A stretch of 64,000 nt of DNA from Planctomycetota bacterium (GTDB lineage Bacteria; Planctomycetota; UBA1135; UBA2386): NCBI GenBank assembly GCA_965228735.1, contig OZ245838.1, positions 3,232,001 to 3,296,000 on the forward strand, in the 5' to 3' direction. A program made the position numbers and the translations under genes. This document shows positions 18,378 through 29,314 of this stretch, piece after piece (the first letter of the stretch is position 1; the number at the start of each line of letters is the position of its first letter). The notes under the pieces were generated by a model. It was given only the letters and a program-made list of their open reading frames with translations. It made no database searches and was not told where the DNA came from.

Positions 18378-19649
18378 TCAAACTGCAACGATCGACGACA
18401 CGTCGATCACGTGCATCTGCCGCCCCCCGCCGGCGTGCGGGGAGTCGATGCAGACCGTGCGTCCGTCGTTGCTCGTGCGCGGGTGCAGATCGCACCGCCA
18501 CTCGCCGCGGTAGGCCTTCGGCAGCTCGAACGCGCCGAGCTCGTGGCGTTTGCCCGTCGGCACGTGGAACAGGTACGGGCGCTGCTTGCGTTCGCGATCG
18601 GGATACGTGTCGCAGAGGATCCAGTCGGTGTCGGTCGGCAGGTAGGTGTTGTGGCCGTCGCGCGTCATCACGCCGGCACCCACGGCTTCGATGTCTCGCG
18701 TTCGATCGCGATAGACGTAGAAGCCGCTCGGCTTGCCCGCGGGCCGGGTCCACATGCAGACGTGCTCGGGGTCGCGCCAGATGAAGTGCGACACGAGCCC
18801 GGCCGGGTTGAGCAGGAACACGTCGCTGCCGTCCTCGGCGTTCGCCGTGATCATGCGCGTACGAAAGCCGCCCGTCGGTCGACCGGTCTTCGCATGGCGC
18901 TGGCGCCACCGATGCAGCGCGATGAAGCGCGCGCCGTCCGGACTCACGAGCAGGTGGTTGAAGTAGTGCCAGACGTCGTCGAGCACCTCGCCGTCGTGCG
19001 GGATCTTCGCGATGTCCGCGAGCGCCAGGATCGTGCGATGCTCGCCGGTCTCGAGGTCGAGCCGGACGATGCCCGTGCCGGCCGGCGCGAGCTCGTCGGC
19101 GAACGGATCCGCCACGCCGACGTAACCGTAGCCGGGTCGCATGACCTGCAGCCGCGCGAAGTCGAGCGTGAGCGCGAAGCGCCCGTCGGGGCTCACGGCA
19201 TAGATCGGCTGCTCCAGCTCGCGCATCGTCTCGTTCTCGACGTCGAGCACGCGGCAGACGAAACGGTCGCCCGCGCGGTCGTTCCACAGCACCTCACGTC
19301 GAGAACCCGGCCGCCACTGCAGCATGCAGCCCTGCTGCCAGCCCCACGCGCGACTCGCGCCGAGCTCGATCCACGCGTCGTCCTTCTCGAGGTCGACCAT
19401 GCCGACCCGGATCACGTCGTCGGGGCGCGGGGTGCGGTGCTCGAACGTGACCTCGTTGCCGAGCACGAAACGGTCGGTCGGGTCGAACTGCAGCTTGTCG
19501 TAGTAGCCGAACCAGTGATGGCGCGGCCCGCGGGTGATCGTGCGAGTCGGGAGCCGAAGCGGGCCACCGGAGCGACGCGTGGAGAGCAGACAGGAACCGG
19601 TGGCGGCGGCGCCCGCGACGAGGAACTCGCGCCGATCGAGGGATCCCAT
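18378..19649 (-). CDS. Tat-exported TolB/oligogalacturonate-lyase-like beta-propeller protein
   Basis: DRREFL twin-arginine signal; HHWFGYYDK, WGWQQG, DTYPD, RCDLHPR motifs. Confidence 0.8.
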   Translation of the reverse strand: MGSLDRREFLVAGAAATGSCLLSTRRSGGPLRLPTRTITRGPRHHWFGYYDKLQFDPTDRFVLGNEVTFEHRTPRPDDVIRVGMVDLEKDDAWIELGASRAWGWQQGCMLQWRPGSRREVLWNDRAGDRFVCRVLDVENETMRELEQPIYAVSPDGRFALTLDFARLQVMRPGYGYVGVADPFADELAPAGTGIVRLDLETGEHRTILALADIAKIPHDGEVLDDVWHYFNHLLVSPDGARFIALHRWRQRHAKTGRPTGGFRTRMITANAEDGSDVFLLNPAGLVSHFIWRDPEHVCMWTRPAGKPSGFYVYRDRTRDIEAVGAGVMTRDGHNTYLPTDTDWILCDTYPDRERKQRPYLFHVPTGKRHELGAFELPKAYRGEWRCDLHPRTSNDGRTVCIDSPHAGGGRQMHVIDVSSIVAV

Positions 19650-19700
19650 CGCGGCATGCTATCCAACGCGGCCGCCCGGTGGTGGTATCGTTCTCGCCCG

Positions 19701-22268
19701 GTGTCGTCGTTGCCTCCCGAAGACCGAATCGAACAGCTCGTCGCGGATTGCCTCGACGCCGACGATCCCCTGGCCGCGCTGACAGCGGGCGCTGCGGACT
19801 GGACCGACGCCGATCGCGCGCGAGCCCGCCGCGTGCTCGAGGCCGTACTCGAGCACGAACGCGAGGGCGACGCGAACGCCACGCCGTCGCCGGCGATGCC
19901 GGAGATCGAGGGGTTCCGCGTGGTGCGAACCCTCGCCTCGGGCGGCATGGGCACGGTCTATCTCGCGCGCCAGGAGGCGCCCGTGCGGCGCAACGTCGCG
20001 ATCAAGGTCATCCGGGACGATCTGACCGCGGGCCAGGTGCGCCAGCGCTTCGAGCTCGAACGCCGCGCGCTCGCGCTCATGGAGCACGACAGCATCGCGC
20101 GGATCTACCACACGGGCACGACGGCCGACGGCCGCCCCTACCTCGTGATGGAGTACGTGCCCGGACAGCCGATCACGGGCTACTGCGACGCCGTGCGGCT
20201 CGACACCCGTTCGCGCCTCGCGCTGTTCGAGAAGGTCTGCCTCGCGATCCAGCACGCCCACCACCGCGGCATCATCCACCGCGACCTCAAGCCGTCGAAC
20301 ATCCTCGTCAGCGACACGGGCGAGCAGCCGCTGCCGAAGGTGATCGACTTCGGCCTCGCGCGGCCGACGAGTTCGCAGCTCATGGATGTCTCGATCCACA
20401 CGCAGCACGGCGCGCTCGTCGGCACCCCGGCCTACATGAGCCCCGAGCAGGCCGAGAACGCGGCCGAAGAGGTCGACACCAGGACGGACATCTACTCGCT
20501 CGGCGCGATCCTCTACGAGTTGCTGACCGGCGCGCTGCCGCTCGGGGCGGAGGAGCTGCGGGGCACACCGGCGGACGTGCAGCGCAAGATCAAGGACAGC
20601 GACGTGCCGCGCCCGAGCTCGCGCGTGTCCTCGGGCGATGCGACCTCGGACGAAGTCGCGAAGAGGCGCGGTGCGAACGCGGCGGCGCTCTCGCGCAAGC
20701 TGCGCGGCGAGCTCGACTGGATCGTGCTCAAGGCGATGGAACGCGATCGCTCGCGGCGCTACCAGACGGCCAACGAGTTCGCCGCGGACATCAGGCGCTA
20801 CCTCACGGACGAGCCCGTCGCGGCCGGCCCGCCGACGCTCGGCTACCGGCTGCAGAAGCTCATCGTTCGGCATCGCCGCACCGCGATGACGGCCGCGCTC
20901 TTCGTGCTGCTCCTCGTCGTCGGAGTGATCGTCAGCACGACGTTCTACTTCGAATCGCAGCGCAACCTCGCCCAGTTCGACCTCGTGCGCTACCGCATCG
21001 AGCTCGACGACGCGATCGCTGCGGCCGGCGAGTTGTATCCGGCGCAGCCCGACAACATCGACGCGTTGCGCAGTTGGCTCGCCCAACGCGCGGAGCCATT
21101 GCGCGGCGCGCGCAAGCTCGTCGAGGCCGCGCTCGCCGATCGCCCCGAAGTCCTCGACGACAGCCGGCAACGATTCTTGTTCGAAACGATGACGCGGCTG
21201 CAGACGGACCTCGATACGTTCCTCGCGCCCGCGACCGGGCTGGTCGCCGACGTGCAGGAACGGCTGGAATGGGCCGGCAAGGTCCACTCACTGAGCATCG
21301 AGCGGCATCGTGAACGGTGGGCCGAAGCCAGCGCCGCGCTGCGGCAGCCTGGCCCGGAGCTGCATGCCGGCTACCGCGCGCAACCGATCGAGCTGCAACC
21401 GCAGATCGGGCTCGTGCCGATCGGTCGCAACCCCGTTACCGGGCTTTGGGAGTTCTATCACCTGCGATCCGCGGCCAACCCGGACGTCGTGCCCGAGCAC
21501 CGCTCGGACGGCTCGATCCGCCTGACACCGGACACCGGCATCGTCTTCGTTCTCGTCCCGGGCGGCACGGACTGGATCGGCGTGCAGTCCGCCGACCCCA
21601 ACGCGCCGAACCACGATCCGATGTCGGTCGCGGCTGGCGGCGAGGGGCCGCCGCGCGAGGCCACGTTCGATCCGTTCTTCGTCGCGCGCCACGAGGTCAC
21701 CCAGGGCCAGTGGCAGCGGCTCACGCGCGGCGATCTGCCGGCGTACTACAAGGTCGGGACCCAACCCGCGGGCATGACGGTTCCGATCTCGCCGTGCCAC
21801 CCGGTGGAGACGGTCTCGCAGGCGCGGAGCGAGCGGGTGCTCGAGCAGCACGGCTTGCTGCTGCCGAGCGAGATCGAGTGGGCCTACTGCTGCCGCGCTG
21901 GTTCCGACACGCCGTGGTATCCCGGCAGTTCGAGCGAGGACCTCGAGGGGCACGCCAACGTCCACGACCAGACCTCGGCGGCGAAGTACCCGGGCCTCGG
22001 CCCCGGCGCACCGTTCCACGACGGCTTTCTGTATCACGCCCCGGTCGGCTCGTTCAGCGCGAATGCGTTCGGGCTGTTCGACGTCCACGGCAACGTGTTC
22101 GAGTGGTGCCGGCGCCGCAGCGGCGAGGAGCGGGCGTGCGCACGCGGCGGCGCGTTCAACGTGATGCCGCGATACGCGCGCTGCGGGATGCGGCATCGGC
22201 TGCTGCCCGACTACAAGAACCACCTGATGGGCGTCCGCGCGATCCGTAGGATCGGAGGACAATCGTGA
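19701..22268 (+). CDS. Ser/Thr protein kinase with C-terminal formylglycine-generating-enzyme (SUMF1)-like domain
   Basis: SGGMG, VAIK, HRDLKPSN, DFG, GTPAYMSPEQ; TM helix; RHEVTQ, LPSEIEW, ANAFGLFDVHGNVFEWC, RGG; GTG start inferred. Confidence 0.92.
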   Translation: MSSLPPEDRIEQLVADCLDADDPLAALTAGAADWTDADRARARRVLEAVLEHEREGDANATPSPAMPEIEGFRVVRTLASGGMGTVYLARQEAPVRRNVAIKVIRDDLTAGQVRQRFELERRALALMEHDSIARIYHTGTTADGRPYLVMEYVPGQPITGYCDAVRLDTRSRLALFEKVCLAIQHAHHRGIIHRDLKPSNILVSDTGEQPLPKVIDFGLARPTSSQLMDVSIHTQHGALVGTPAYMSPEQAENAAEEVDTRTDIYSLGAILYELLTGALPLGAEELRGTPADVQRKIKDSDVPRPSSRVSSGDATSDEVAKRRGANAAALSRKLRGELDWIVLKAMERDRSRRYQTANEFAADIRRYLTDEPVAAGPPTLGYRLQKLIVRHRRTAMTAALFVLLLVVGVIVSTTFYFESQRNLAQFDLVRYRIELDDAIAAAGELYPAQPDNIDALRSWLAQRAEPLRGARKLVEAALADRPEVLDDSRQRFLFETMTRLQTDLDTFLAPATGLVADVQERLEWAGKVHSLSIERHRERWAEASAALRQPGPELHAGYRAQPIELQPQIGLVPIGRNPVTGLWEFYHLRSAANPDVVPEHRSDGSIRLTPDTGIVFVLVPGGTDWIGVQSADPNAPNHDPMSVAAGGEGPPREATFDPFFVARHEVTQGQWQRLTRGDLPAYYKVGTQPAGMTVPISPCHPVETVSQARSERVLEQHGLLLPSEIEWAYCCRAGSDTPWYPGSSSEDLEGHANVHDQTSAAKYPGLGPGAPFHDGFLYHAPVGSFSANAFGLFDVHGNVFEWCRRRSGEERACARGGAFNVMPRYARCGMRHRLLPDYKNHLMGVRAIRRIGGQS

Positions 22269-22867
22269 CCGACGATGGTGCAGGTGGCAGCGGCAAAGAG
22301 CGTCTCGAACAGCTGCTCGTCGAGCACCTGCCCTACCTGCGGGCCTACATCCGCCTGCGGACCAACCGCGCGATCCGAGCACGCGAGTCGCGCACCGACC
22401 TCGTGCAGTCCGTCTGCCGCGAGTTGCTGCAGGGTTCGAGTCACTTCCAGTTCCAGGGCGACGCCGCGTTCCGCAAGTGGCTCTGCACCGCGGCGCTGCG
22501 CAAGATCGTCGAACGCGACCGGGCGATGCACCGGCAGAAGCGCGACGTCGACCGCGAGGAGCACGCCGCGACCGACTCGCGCCAGGGCGCGCTGCTCGAC
22601 GCCTACGCGACGGTGAGCACGCCGAGTGTGGTGCTCTCGCGGAAGGAGAACATCGCGGCCCTCGAAGCCGCGTTCGACCGCCTGCCCGACGAGTATCGCG
22701 AGATCATCACGCTCGCGAAGATCGTCGGCCTGTCGCACGCCGAGATCGCCGCGCAGATGGAACGCACGGAGGCCGCGACCCGGCAGTTGTTGCGGCGCGC
22801 GCTGATCCGGCTCGAGATGCTGCTCGACGACGCGGACGGCGGCGGCGGCGACGGCGGCGGAGACTGA
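22265..22867 (+). CDS. ECF RNA polymerase sigma factor
   Basis: DLVQSVC, FRKWL, LPDEYREII...GLSHAEIA...RAL; GTGA overlap with the kinase stop. Confidence 0.9.
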   Translation: MTDDGAGGSGKERLEQLLVEHLPYLRAYIRLRTNRAIRARESRTDLVQSVCRELLQGSSHFQFQGDAAFRKWLCTAALRKIVERDRAMHRQKRDVDREEHAATDSRQGALLDAYATVSTPSVVLSRKENIAALEAAFDRLPDEYREIITLAKIVGLSHAEIAAQMERTEAATRQLLRRALIRLEMLLDDADGGGGDGGGD

Positions 22868-22945
22868 GGTTTTTCCGCGAAGTCGGCGTCACACGCCGGG
22901 GAGGCTGCCCATCGGTCTGGTGAATCAACACCCGAGACACCAGCC

Positions 22946-25669
22946 ATGAGCAATCGCCAGCAGCCCTCCCAGACCTCCTCAAACCTCCTTGCCAAGGCCG
23001 CTTACGGCGCAGCTCTGGCCGTGATGTTCGCCGCCTGCAGCAGCGGCGGTGGCGGCGACGGCGGCGGCGGCCAGCCCGCCGGTCCGCAGCCGAACCCGAC
23101 CCCGGCCCCGACGCCCGCGAGCCTCGTCGTCGACCTCGACGTCCGGCCCGGCGCCGGCACGGGGTCGAGCCCCGGCGTCGAGCTCAATGGTCGACTCATC
23201 ATGCCGCTCGCGCCGCCCGAGACGGGCTCCGAGCTCTACATCACGGACGGCACCGTCGCGGGCACCGAGCTGCTCGTCGACATCGTGCCCGGCAGCAATC
23301 ACTCATCGCCGTACGAGCTCACGGTCGCCGGCACCCAGGTGTTCTTCACGGCGCAGAACGAACTCGGCCGCGAGCTCTGGGTGACCGACGGCACCGCTGC
23401 GGGAACCCGGGTGGTCGCCGATCTCAATCCGGGGGCGGGGTCGACGTCGTTCGACATCGTCGGCACGCTCGGCGACGAGATCTTCTTCTCGGCCTACATC
23501 GACTCGTTCGGCGTCGGCCGCGAGCTGTTCAAGACCAACGGCGGCGCAGTCTCGCTCGTCAAGGACATCGACCCGGGGTCGACGTCGTCGCGGCCGGGCC
23601 GAGGGTTCGAGTTCCAGGGCCGCCTCTACTTCTCGGCCGATGGGCCCGAAGGTGAAGAACTCTGGGCGACGGACGGCACCACGAATGGCACCGTGCTCGT
23701 CGCGGACATCGAACCCGGGTCGGGATCCAGCAACCCCGGCACCTTCATGCCCCTCGGCAGCCAACTGTTCTTCCGGGCGCGGACCGCGGCGACCGGCTAC
23801 GAGCTGTTCGTCACGGACGGCACGGCGGCCGGCACGACGCTCGTCGCGGACATTCGCCCCGGCGCGGATTCATCGAGCCCCTACCCGATGCGCGCCTTCG
23901 CAGGTGGCGTCCTGCTGCGGGCCGACGACGGCACCAACGGGCGCGAGCTGTGGCACAGCAACGGCACCGCGGCCGGCACGCGGCTCGTCAAGGACATCGA
24001 TCCCGGCGCCGCGACCTCGGACCCGCGCGAGGTCTTCGTGTTGACGCCCAATCTCGCCGTGTTCGTCGCGACGACGGCGTCCGCGGGCCGTGAGCTGTGG
24101 CGTACGGACGGCACGGAGTCCGGGACGTTTCAGCTGCGTGACATCCAACCCGGCGCCATCAGCTCGTCACCGGCCGAGCTGCAGCGCTCGGGCAACGTCG
24201 TGCTCTTCCGGGCGACGACGGCATCCGAAGGCCGCGAGCTGTGGATGACCGACGGCACGGCGTTCGGCACGACCCTCCTCGCCGACCTCAACCCCGGAAC
24301 CGAGGATTCGAGCCCGGCCGCCCGCGGCACCGTCAACGGCATCGCGCTCTACAATGCCACGGACGGCGTCAACGGGTATGAACTCTGGGCCGCGACGCAG
24401 GCCGGGACGACCCCGATCGATCTCACGCCGCCATCGAGCGACGGTTCGGTGCCGCGGCAGTTCGTCAAACTCGGCAGCCGCGCGATATTCACGGCCGTCG
24501 GCGGTGACGTCGGCAGCGAGCTGTTCGCGTCCGACGGCACGGCAGCAGGCACGATGCTGCTCGCCGACCTGGTCCCGGGCGGCGGCGGCAGCGCGCCGAA
24601 GAACCTCACCGTCCTCGGTGACCAGGTCCTCTTCACCGCGTCGCAGACCGGCATCGGCGAGGAGTTGTTCGTCACGGATGGCACGCCGCTCGGCACCCGC
24701 CTGCTCCGAGACATCGACCCGACCGGGAGCTCACGCCCGCGCGGCTTCGCCCGCCTCGGCGACGAAGCGGCGTTCTTCGTCGGCCTCATCGACTACGAGC
24801 TGTGGATGACGAACGGGACGACGAACGGCACGCGACGCCTCGCGCTGTCATTGCGCGATACGTCGGCCATGACCGAGTTTCAGGGCCGACTGTTCTTCGG
24901 CGCCGAGGGCGATCCGAGCACCGGCACGGAACTGTGGGTCACGGACGGCACAGCAAACGGCACGGGCCTGTTCGCGGACCTGCGGCCGGGCAGTTCGAGC
25001 AGCAGGCCGAACATGCTCGGCGTGGTCAACGACCGCCTCGTGTTCGTGGCGCGGGTCGACAACGGCTACCAGCTGTTCGTTTCCGACGGCACCCCGGCCG
25101 GCACCGTCCAACTCGATCCCAACCCGACCGGGTCCCTGAGTTCGAGCACCCAGGTCATCGCCGAACTGCCGACGGGCCTGCTGCTGCAGGTGACGACCGA
25201 CGGGCAGCCGCAGATCTGGTTCACGGACGCCACCCTGGCCGGCACCCGCAAGGTCGCGGACGCCTACTCGGTCTCCGGCAGTCCGCCCTACGGCTCGGCC
25301 GTACTCGGTGACGTTGCGTACTTCGCCGCGACCACGGGGCTCGACACCAACTACGAGCTGTGGAAGAGCGACGGCACCGTCGCCGGCACGGGTCTCGCCG
25401 CGGAGATCTTCGACGGGCCGATGTGGTCGCTGCCGCGCTACTTCGTCAAGGTCGACGAGACCCTCGCGTTCTTCCATGCCCGCGACATCGATCACGGCGG
25501 CGAATTGTGGCAGGTGACGGACACGGGCGAGATCACGCGGCGCACCGACCTGCGGCCTGGCCGCCCGGACGGGCACGGCCTGCCCGGCGTGATCCTCGGC
25601 GATCAGCTGCTGTTCACCGGCGACGACGGCGAGACCGGCGCGGAGCTCTTCAAGATCGCCGTGCGCTGA
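22946..25669 (+). CDS. ELWxxDGT-repeat lipoprotein
   Basis: Lipobox FAAC followed by a Gly/Pro linker; more than a dozen ELW/ELF-xx-DGT repeats. Confidence 0.9.
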   Translation: MSNRQQPSQTSSNLLAKAAYGAALAVMFAACSSGGGGDGGGGQPAGPQPNPTPAPTPASLVVDLDVRPGAGTGSSPGVELNGRLIMPLAPPETGSELYITDGTVAGTELLVDIVPGSNHSSPYELTVAGTQVFFTAQNELGRELWVTDGTAAGTRVVADLNPGAGSTSFDIVGTLGDEIFFSAYIDSFGVGRELFKTNGGAVSLVKDIDPGSTSSRPGRGFEFQGRLYFSADGPEGEELWATDGTTNGTVLVADIEPGSGSSNPGTFMPLGSQLFFRARTAATGYELFVTDGTAAGTTLVADIRPGADSSSPYPMRAFAGGVLLRADDGTNGRELWHSNGTAAGTRLVKDIDPGAATSDPREVFVLTPNLAVFVATTASAGRELWRTDGTESGTFQLRDIQPGAISSSPAELQRSGNVVLFRATTASEGRELWMTDGTAFGTTLLADLNPGTEDSSPAARGTVNGIALYNATDGVNGYELWAATQAGTTPIDLTPPSSDGSVPRQFVKLGSRAIFTAVGGDVGSELFASDGTAAGTMLLADLVPGGGGSAPKNLTVLGDQVLFTASQTGIGEELFVTDGTPLGTRLLRDIDPTGSSRPRGFARLGDEAAFFVGLIDYELWMTNGTTNGTRRLALSLRDTSAMTEFQGRLFFGAEGDPSTGTELWVTDGTANGTGLFADLRPGSSSSRPNMLGVVNDRLVFVARVDNGYQLFVSDGTPAGTVQLDPNPTGSLSSSTQVIAELPTGLLLQVTTDGQPQIWFTDATLAGTRKVADAYSVSGSPPYGSAVLGDVAYFAATTGLDTNYELWKSDGTVAGTGLAAEIFDGPMWSLPRYFVKVDETLAFFHARDIDHGGELWQVTDTGEITRRTDLRPGRPDGHGLPGVILGDQLLFTGDDGETGAELFKIAVR

Positions 25670-25813
25670 AGCCGTCAGGCCGGATCGCGGCGCGCGCGGA
25701 ACACACGTTTCGGAGTGTGATCGACGCTAGAGAACCGTGCGCCGGCGGCTCCGAATCGACGCCCGGGCCGGTGGCCCGTGGCGGCATCCGGGACGGCCCG
25801 TAGACTCGCGCAT

Positions 25814-27865
25814 GTGAACACCGCGCTCTCGTTTCGCCGGGTCGCCGCCGGCTGTGCGCTCATCGCGACCGCAGCGTCGGCGCCATCGCAGACCGCCCCA
25901 CGCGAGGAGCACTGGGCGTTCGTCGCGCCGACTGCAGAAGCGCTGCCGGCGGTCGAGTCGAGCTGGCCCCGCGACCCGATCGATCACTTCGTCCTCGCGC
26001 GCCTGCAGCACGAAGGACTGCAACCGAGCGCTGCGGCCGATCGCCGCACGCTCGCGCGGCGACTGCATCTCGACCTCACGGGCCTGCCGCCTTCTCCCGC
26101 CGATCTGCGGACGTTCCTCGCGGATGATTCGCCCGCCGCCTACGAGCGGCTCGTCGACCGGCTGCTCGCTTCGAAGCACTACGGCGAACACATGGCGCGC
26201 TACTGGCTGGACCTCGTGCGTTTCGCGGACACCAACGGGCGCCACCACGACCACTACCGCGAGATGAGCCCGTACCGCGATTGGGTCATCCGATCGTTCA
26301 ACGACAACCGGCCGTACGACGAGTTCGTCGTCGATCAGATCGCGGGCGACCTGCACGCGAACGCGACCCTCGACCAGCGTACCGCGTCGGGTTTCCATCG
26401 CCTGCACCTGATCATCGACGTCGGCACGGCGCTGCCCGAGGAGAGCCGCGCGCAGAACGTGATCGATCGGGTCACGGCGTACGGAACCGCGTTCCTCGGC
26501 CTAACGGTGCATTGCGCGGTCTGCCACGATCACAAGTACGACCCGATCACGCAGCGCGACTTCTTCGGGCTGTATGCGTTCTTCAACAACATCGACGCCC
26601 AGCCGGAGACCGGCCGCCGTGGGGGCCCGGACTTCCATCGCGGTCTGCAGCCGCCGTACGAGAGCCTCCCGACCGCCGCACAGCGCGAGCAGCTCGCAGC
26701 CATCGAGCAGGAACTCGCCCGCAAGAAGGACGGCGACAAGAACGCGCTGCGCGCCGTGCAGCGGCGGCGCGACGAGCTGTTGAAGTCGATCCCCGCGGCG
26801 ATGGTGATGCGGGAACGCGAGGAGATGCGCGCGACACACGTGTTCGTCCGCGGCGCGTACGACCAGCTCGGGGAGGCCGTGGCCCGCGCCACGCCAGCGT
26901 TCCTGCCGCCGCTCGAGCACGAGGGCACCCCCACCCGCATGGATCTCGCGAACTGGACCGTGGCGCGAGACAACCCGCTCACGGCGCGCGCGGCGGTCAA
27001 CCGTTTCTGGCAGCAGTTCTTCGGCACCGGCCTCGTGAAGACGTCGGAAGATCTCGGCGTGCAGGGCGAGCGGCCGAGCCACCCCGCGCTGCTGGATCAC
27101 CTCGCGATCGCGTTCGTCGACTCGAACTGGGACGTGAAAGCCCTCGTTAGGCGCATCGTGATGTCCGCGACCTACCGTCAGACATCGAAGGCGCCGGCCG
27201 CCGCGTTCGCGCGCGACCCCGACAATCGACTGCTGGCGCGCGGCGCGCGCTTCCGCCTCGATGCCGAGGTGATCCGCGACTCGGCGCTCGCGACGAGCGG
27301 CCTGCTCGATCGCACGCTGTTCGGGCGCAGCGTGAAGCCGCCGCAGCCGCCGGGGATCTGGCAGGCCGTCACGTTGCCCGACTCGCTGCCGCGCGTCTAC
27401 GTCGCGGATACGGGCGCGGCCGCCCATCGCCGCAGCATCTACACGTTCTGGAAGCGCGGGCTGCCGCCGCCGCAGCTGACGATCCTCAACGCGCCGACGC
27501 GGGAGTACTGCACCGCGCGCCGCGAACGCACCAATACGCCGCTGCAAGCGCTGCTGCTGCTGAACGACCCGCAGCAGATCGAAGCCGCCCGTGAGCTCGC
27601 GAAGGCGATTCTCGCAGGCTCGCCGATCACGGACCGGGCGCGCATCGCGAGCCTCTGGGAGGCGATCACCGGTGCGCGACCCGAGACCGCCGATGTCACG
27701 ACGCTGGAGCGGGCGTTGCGCGATCTGCGAGCCACCTACGAAGGCGACGAGGCGCTCGCTCGCGAACTCAGCGGCCCGACCGAGCTCACTCCGTCCGAGG
27801 TCGCGGCGTGGACGATGATCGCGAGCACGATCTACAACCTCGACGTCACGAAGACGCGGCAATAG
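25814..27865 (+). CDS. DUF1549/DUF1553 (PSCyt2/PSD1) protein
   Basis: HWAF, PIDHF, DLTGLPP, YGEHMARYWLDLVRFADT, CAVCHDHKYDP, NPLTAR..VNRFW, PSHPALLDHLA, TNTPLQAL. Confidence 0.93.
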   Translation: MNTALSFRRVAAGCALIATAASAPSQTAPREEHWAFVAPTAEALPAVESSWPRDPIDHFVLARLQHEGLQPSAAADRRTLARRLHLDLTGLPPSPADLRTFLADDSPAAYERLVDRLLASKHYGEHMARYWLDLVRFADTNGRHHDHYREMSPYRDWVIRSFNDNRPYDEFVVDQIAGDLHANATLDQRTASGFHRLHLIIDVGTALPEESRAQNVIDRVTAYGTAFLGLTVHCAVCHDHKYDPITQRDFFGLYAFFNNIDAQPETGRRGGPDFHRGLQPPYESLPTAAQREQLAAIEQELARKKDGDKNALRAVQRRRDELLKSIPAAMVMREREEMRATHVFVRGAYDQLGEAVARATPAFLPPLEHEGTPTRMDLANWTVARDNPLTARAAVNRFWQQFFGTGLVKTSEDLGVQGERPSHPALLDHLAIAFVDSNWDVKALVRRIVMSATYRQTSKAPAAAFARDPDNRLLARGARFRLDAEVIRDSALATSGLLDRTLFGRSVKPPQPPGIWQAVTLPDSLPRVYVADTGAAAHRRSIYTFWKRGLPPPQLTILNAPTREYCTARRERTNTPLQALLLLNDPQQIEAARELAKAILAGSPITDRARIASLWEAITGARPETADVTTLERALRDLRATYEGDEALARELSGPTELTPSEVAAWTMIASTIYNLDVTKTRQ

Positions 27866-27871
27866 ACCACC

Positions 27872-29314
27872 ATGCATCGCATCCTTCGTGATCACCTGAC
27901 GCTGCAGTCCCGCCGCGCGTTCCTCCAAGCTACGGGGATGGGCCTGGGCGCGACCGCGCTCGGCGCGCTCGCGCAACCCGCGACGGGCGACAATACGGCG
28001 GGCCCGCACCACGCACCGCGAGCCAAACGCGTGATCTTCCTGTTCATGGCGGGCGCGCCGAGCCAGCTCGACCTGTTCGACTACAAGCCCGACCTCGGCA
28101 AGCGGTTCAAGGCGCCGTTGCCCGACAGCGTGACGATGGGCCAGCGCGTGACCGCGATGACGCGCGGCCGCACCAAGCTCACCGCGCCGTCGATGTTCGG
28201 CTTCCGCCGGGCCGGCCAGAACGGCGTCTACTGGAGCGAGCTGCTGCCGCACCTCGCGGCCGTCAGCGACCGGATCTGCGTCGTCAAGTCACTCAACACG
28301 AACGCGATCAATCACGACCCGGGCAAGACGTATCTCTGCACGGGGTCCGAGATCCCCGGTAAGGCGAGCATGGGCGCCTGGCTGAGCTACGGCCTCGGGT
28401 CGATGAACCGCGACCTGCCGGACTTCGTCGTGCTCACGTCAGCGTTCTGGACGGGCGGCAAGCGCAACGTGCAGGGACTCTACGGCCGGCTGTGGAGCGC
28501 CGGCTTCCTGCCGGGGAAGCACCAGGGCACCGCGTTCCAATCGACGGGCGATCCGGTGCTCTACCTGTCGAACCCGGCCGGCGTCGACCGCTCCGTGCGA
28601 CGCCGCATGCTCGACGCGACGGCCGAGCTCAACCGGCGGCATGCGGCCGCGATCGGCGACCCCGCGATCACGACGACGATCGCGCAGCAGGAGATGGCGT
28701 TCCACATGCAGGCGTCCGTGCCGGAACTCACCGACATCGAGTCCGAACCCGCGGACGTGCGCGCGCTCTACGGTCCGGAGGTCGAGAAACCCGGCTCGTT
28801 CGCGCGCAACTGCCTGCTCGCGCGCCGCATGATCGAACGCGACGTGCGCTTCGTGCAGCTGTTCCACCGCGGCTGGGACCACCACTCGATCCTGCCGAAG
28901 CAGCTGCCGGGGCAGTGCTACGACGTCGACCAGCCCGCGGCCGCGCTGATCAGCGACCTCGAGCGGCGCGGGCTGCTCGACGACACGCTCATCGTGTTCG
29001 CCGGCGAGTTCGGCCGCACGGTCTACTGCCAGGGGCGGCTCGAACGCGACGACTACGGCCGCGACCACCACCCTCGCTGCTTCTCCGGCTGGCTCGCCGG
29101 CGGCGGTGTCCAGGGCGGCATCGAGTACGGCCGCACCGACGACTTCAGCTACAACGTCGTCGAGAACCCGGTCGCCGTGCGCGACCTGCACGCCACGATG
29201 TTGCACCTGCTCGGCCTCGACCACGAGCGACTGGTCTTCCCTTTCCAGGGCCTCGACCAGCGGCTCACGGGCGTCGAAGAACCCGCGCACGTCGTGCGCG
29301 GGATCCTGGCCTAG
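27872..29314 (+). CDS. DUF1501 domain protein (Tat-type signal)
   Basis: [51 protein letters not shown]. Confidence 0.95.
   Translation: MHRILRDHLTLQSRRAFLQATGMGLGATALGALAQPATGDNTAGPHHAPRAKRVIFLFMAGAPSQLDLFDYKPDLGKRFKAPLPDSVTMGQRVTAMTRGRTKLTAPSMFGFRRAGQNGVYWSELLPHLAAVSDRICVVKSLNTNAINHDPGKTYLCTGSEIPGKASMGAWLSYGLGSMNRDLPDFVVLTSAFWTGGKRNVQGLYGRLWSAGFLPGKHQGTAFQSTGDPVLYLSNPAGVDRSVRRRMLDATAELNRRHAAAIGDPAITTTIAQQEMAFHMQASVPELTDIESEPADVRALYGPEVEKPGSFARNCLLARRMIERDVRFVQLFHRGWDHHSILPKQLPGQCYDVDQPAAALISDLERRGLLDDTLIVFAGEFGRTVYCQGRLERDDYGRDHHPRCFSGWLAGGGVQGGIEYGRTDDFSYNVVENPVAVRDLHATMLHLLGLDHERLVFPFQGLDQRLTGVEEPAHVVRGILA

Noticed and set aside
22836..23072. Similar GGCGGCGGCGACGGCGGCGG tracts at the sigma 3' end and in the lipoprotein linker
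   Set aside because: Low-complexity Gly codons; the similarity is expected by chance
22946..25669. Regularly spaced nucleotide repeats (GAGCTxTGGxxxACxGACGGCAC) resembling an array
   Set aside because: They encode ELWxxDGT protein repeats and are degenerate at third codon positions; not CRISPR
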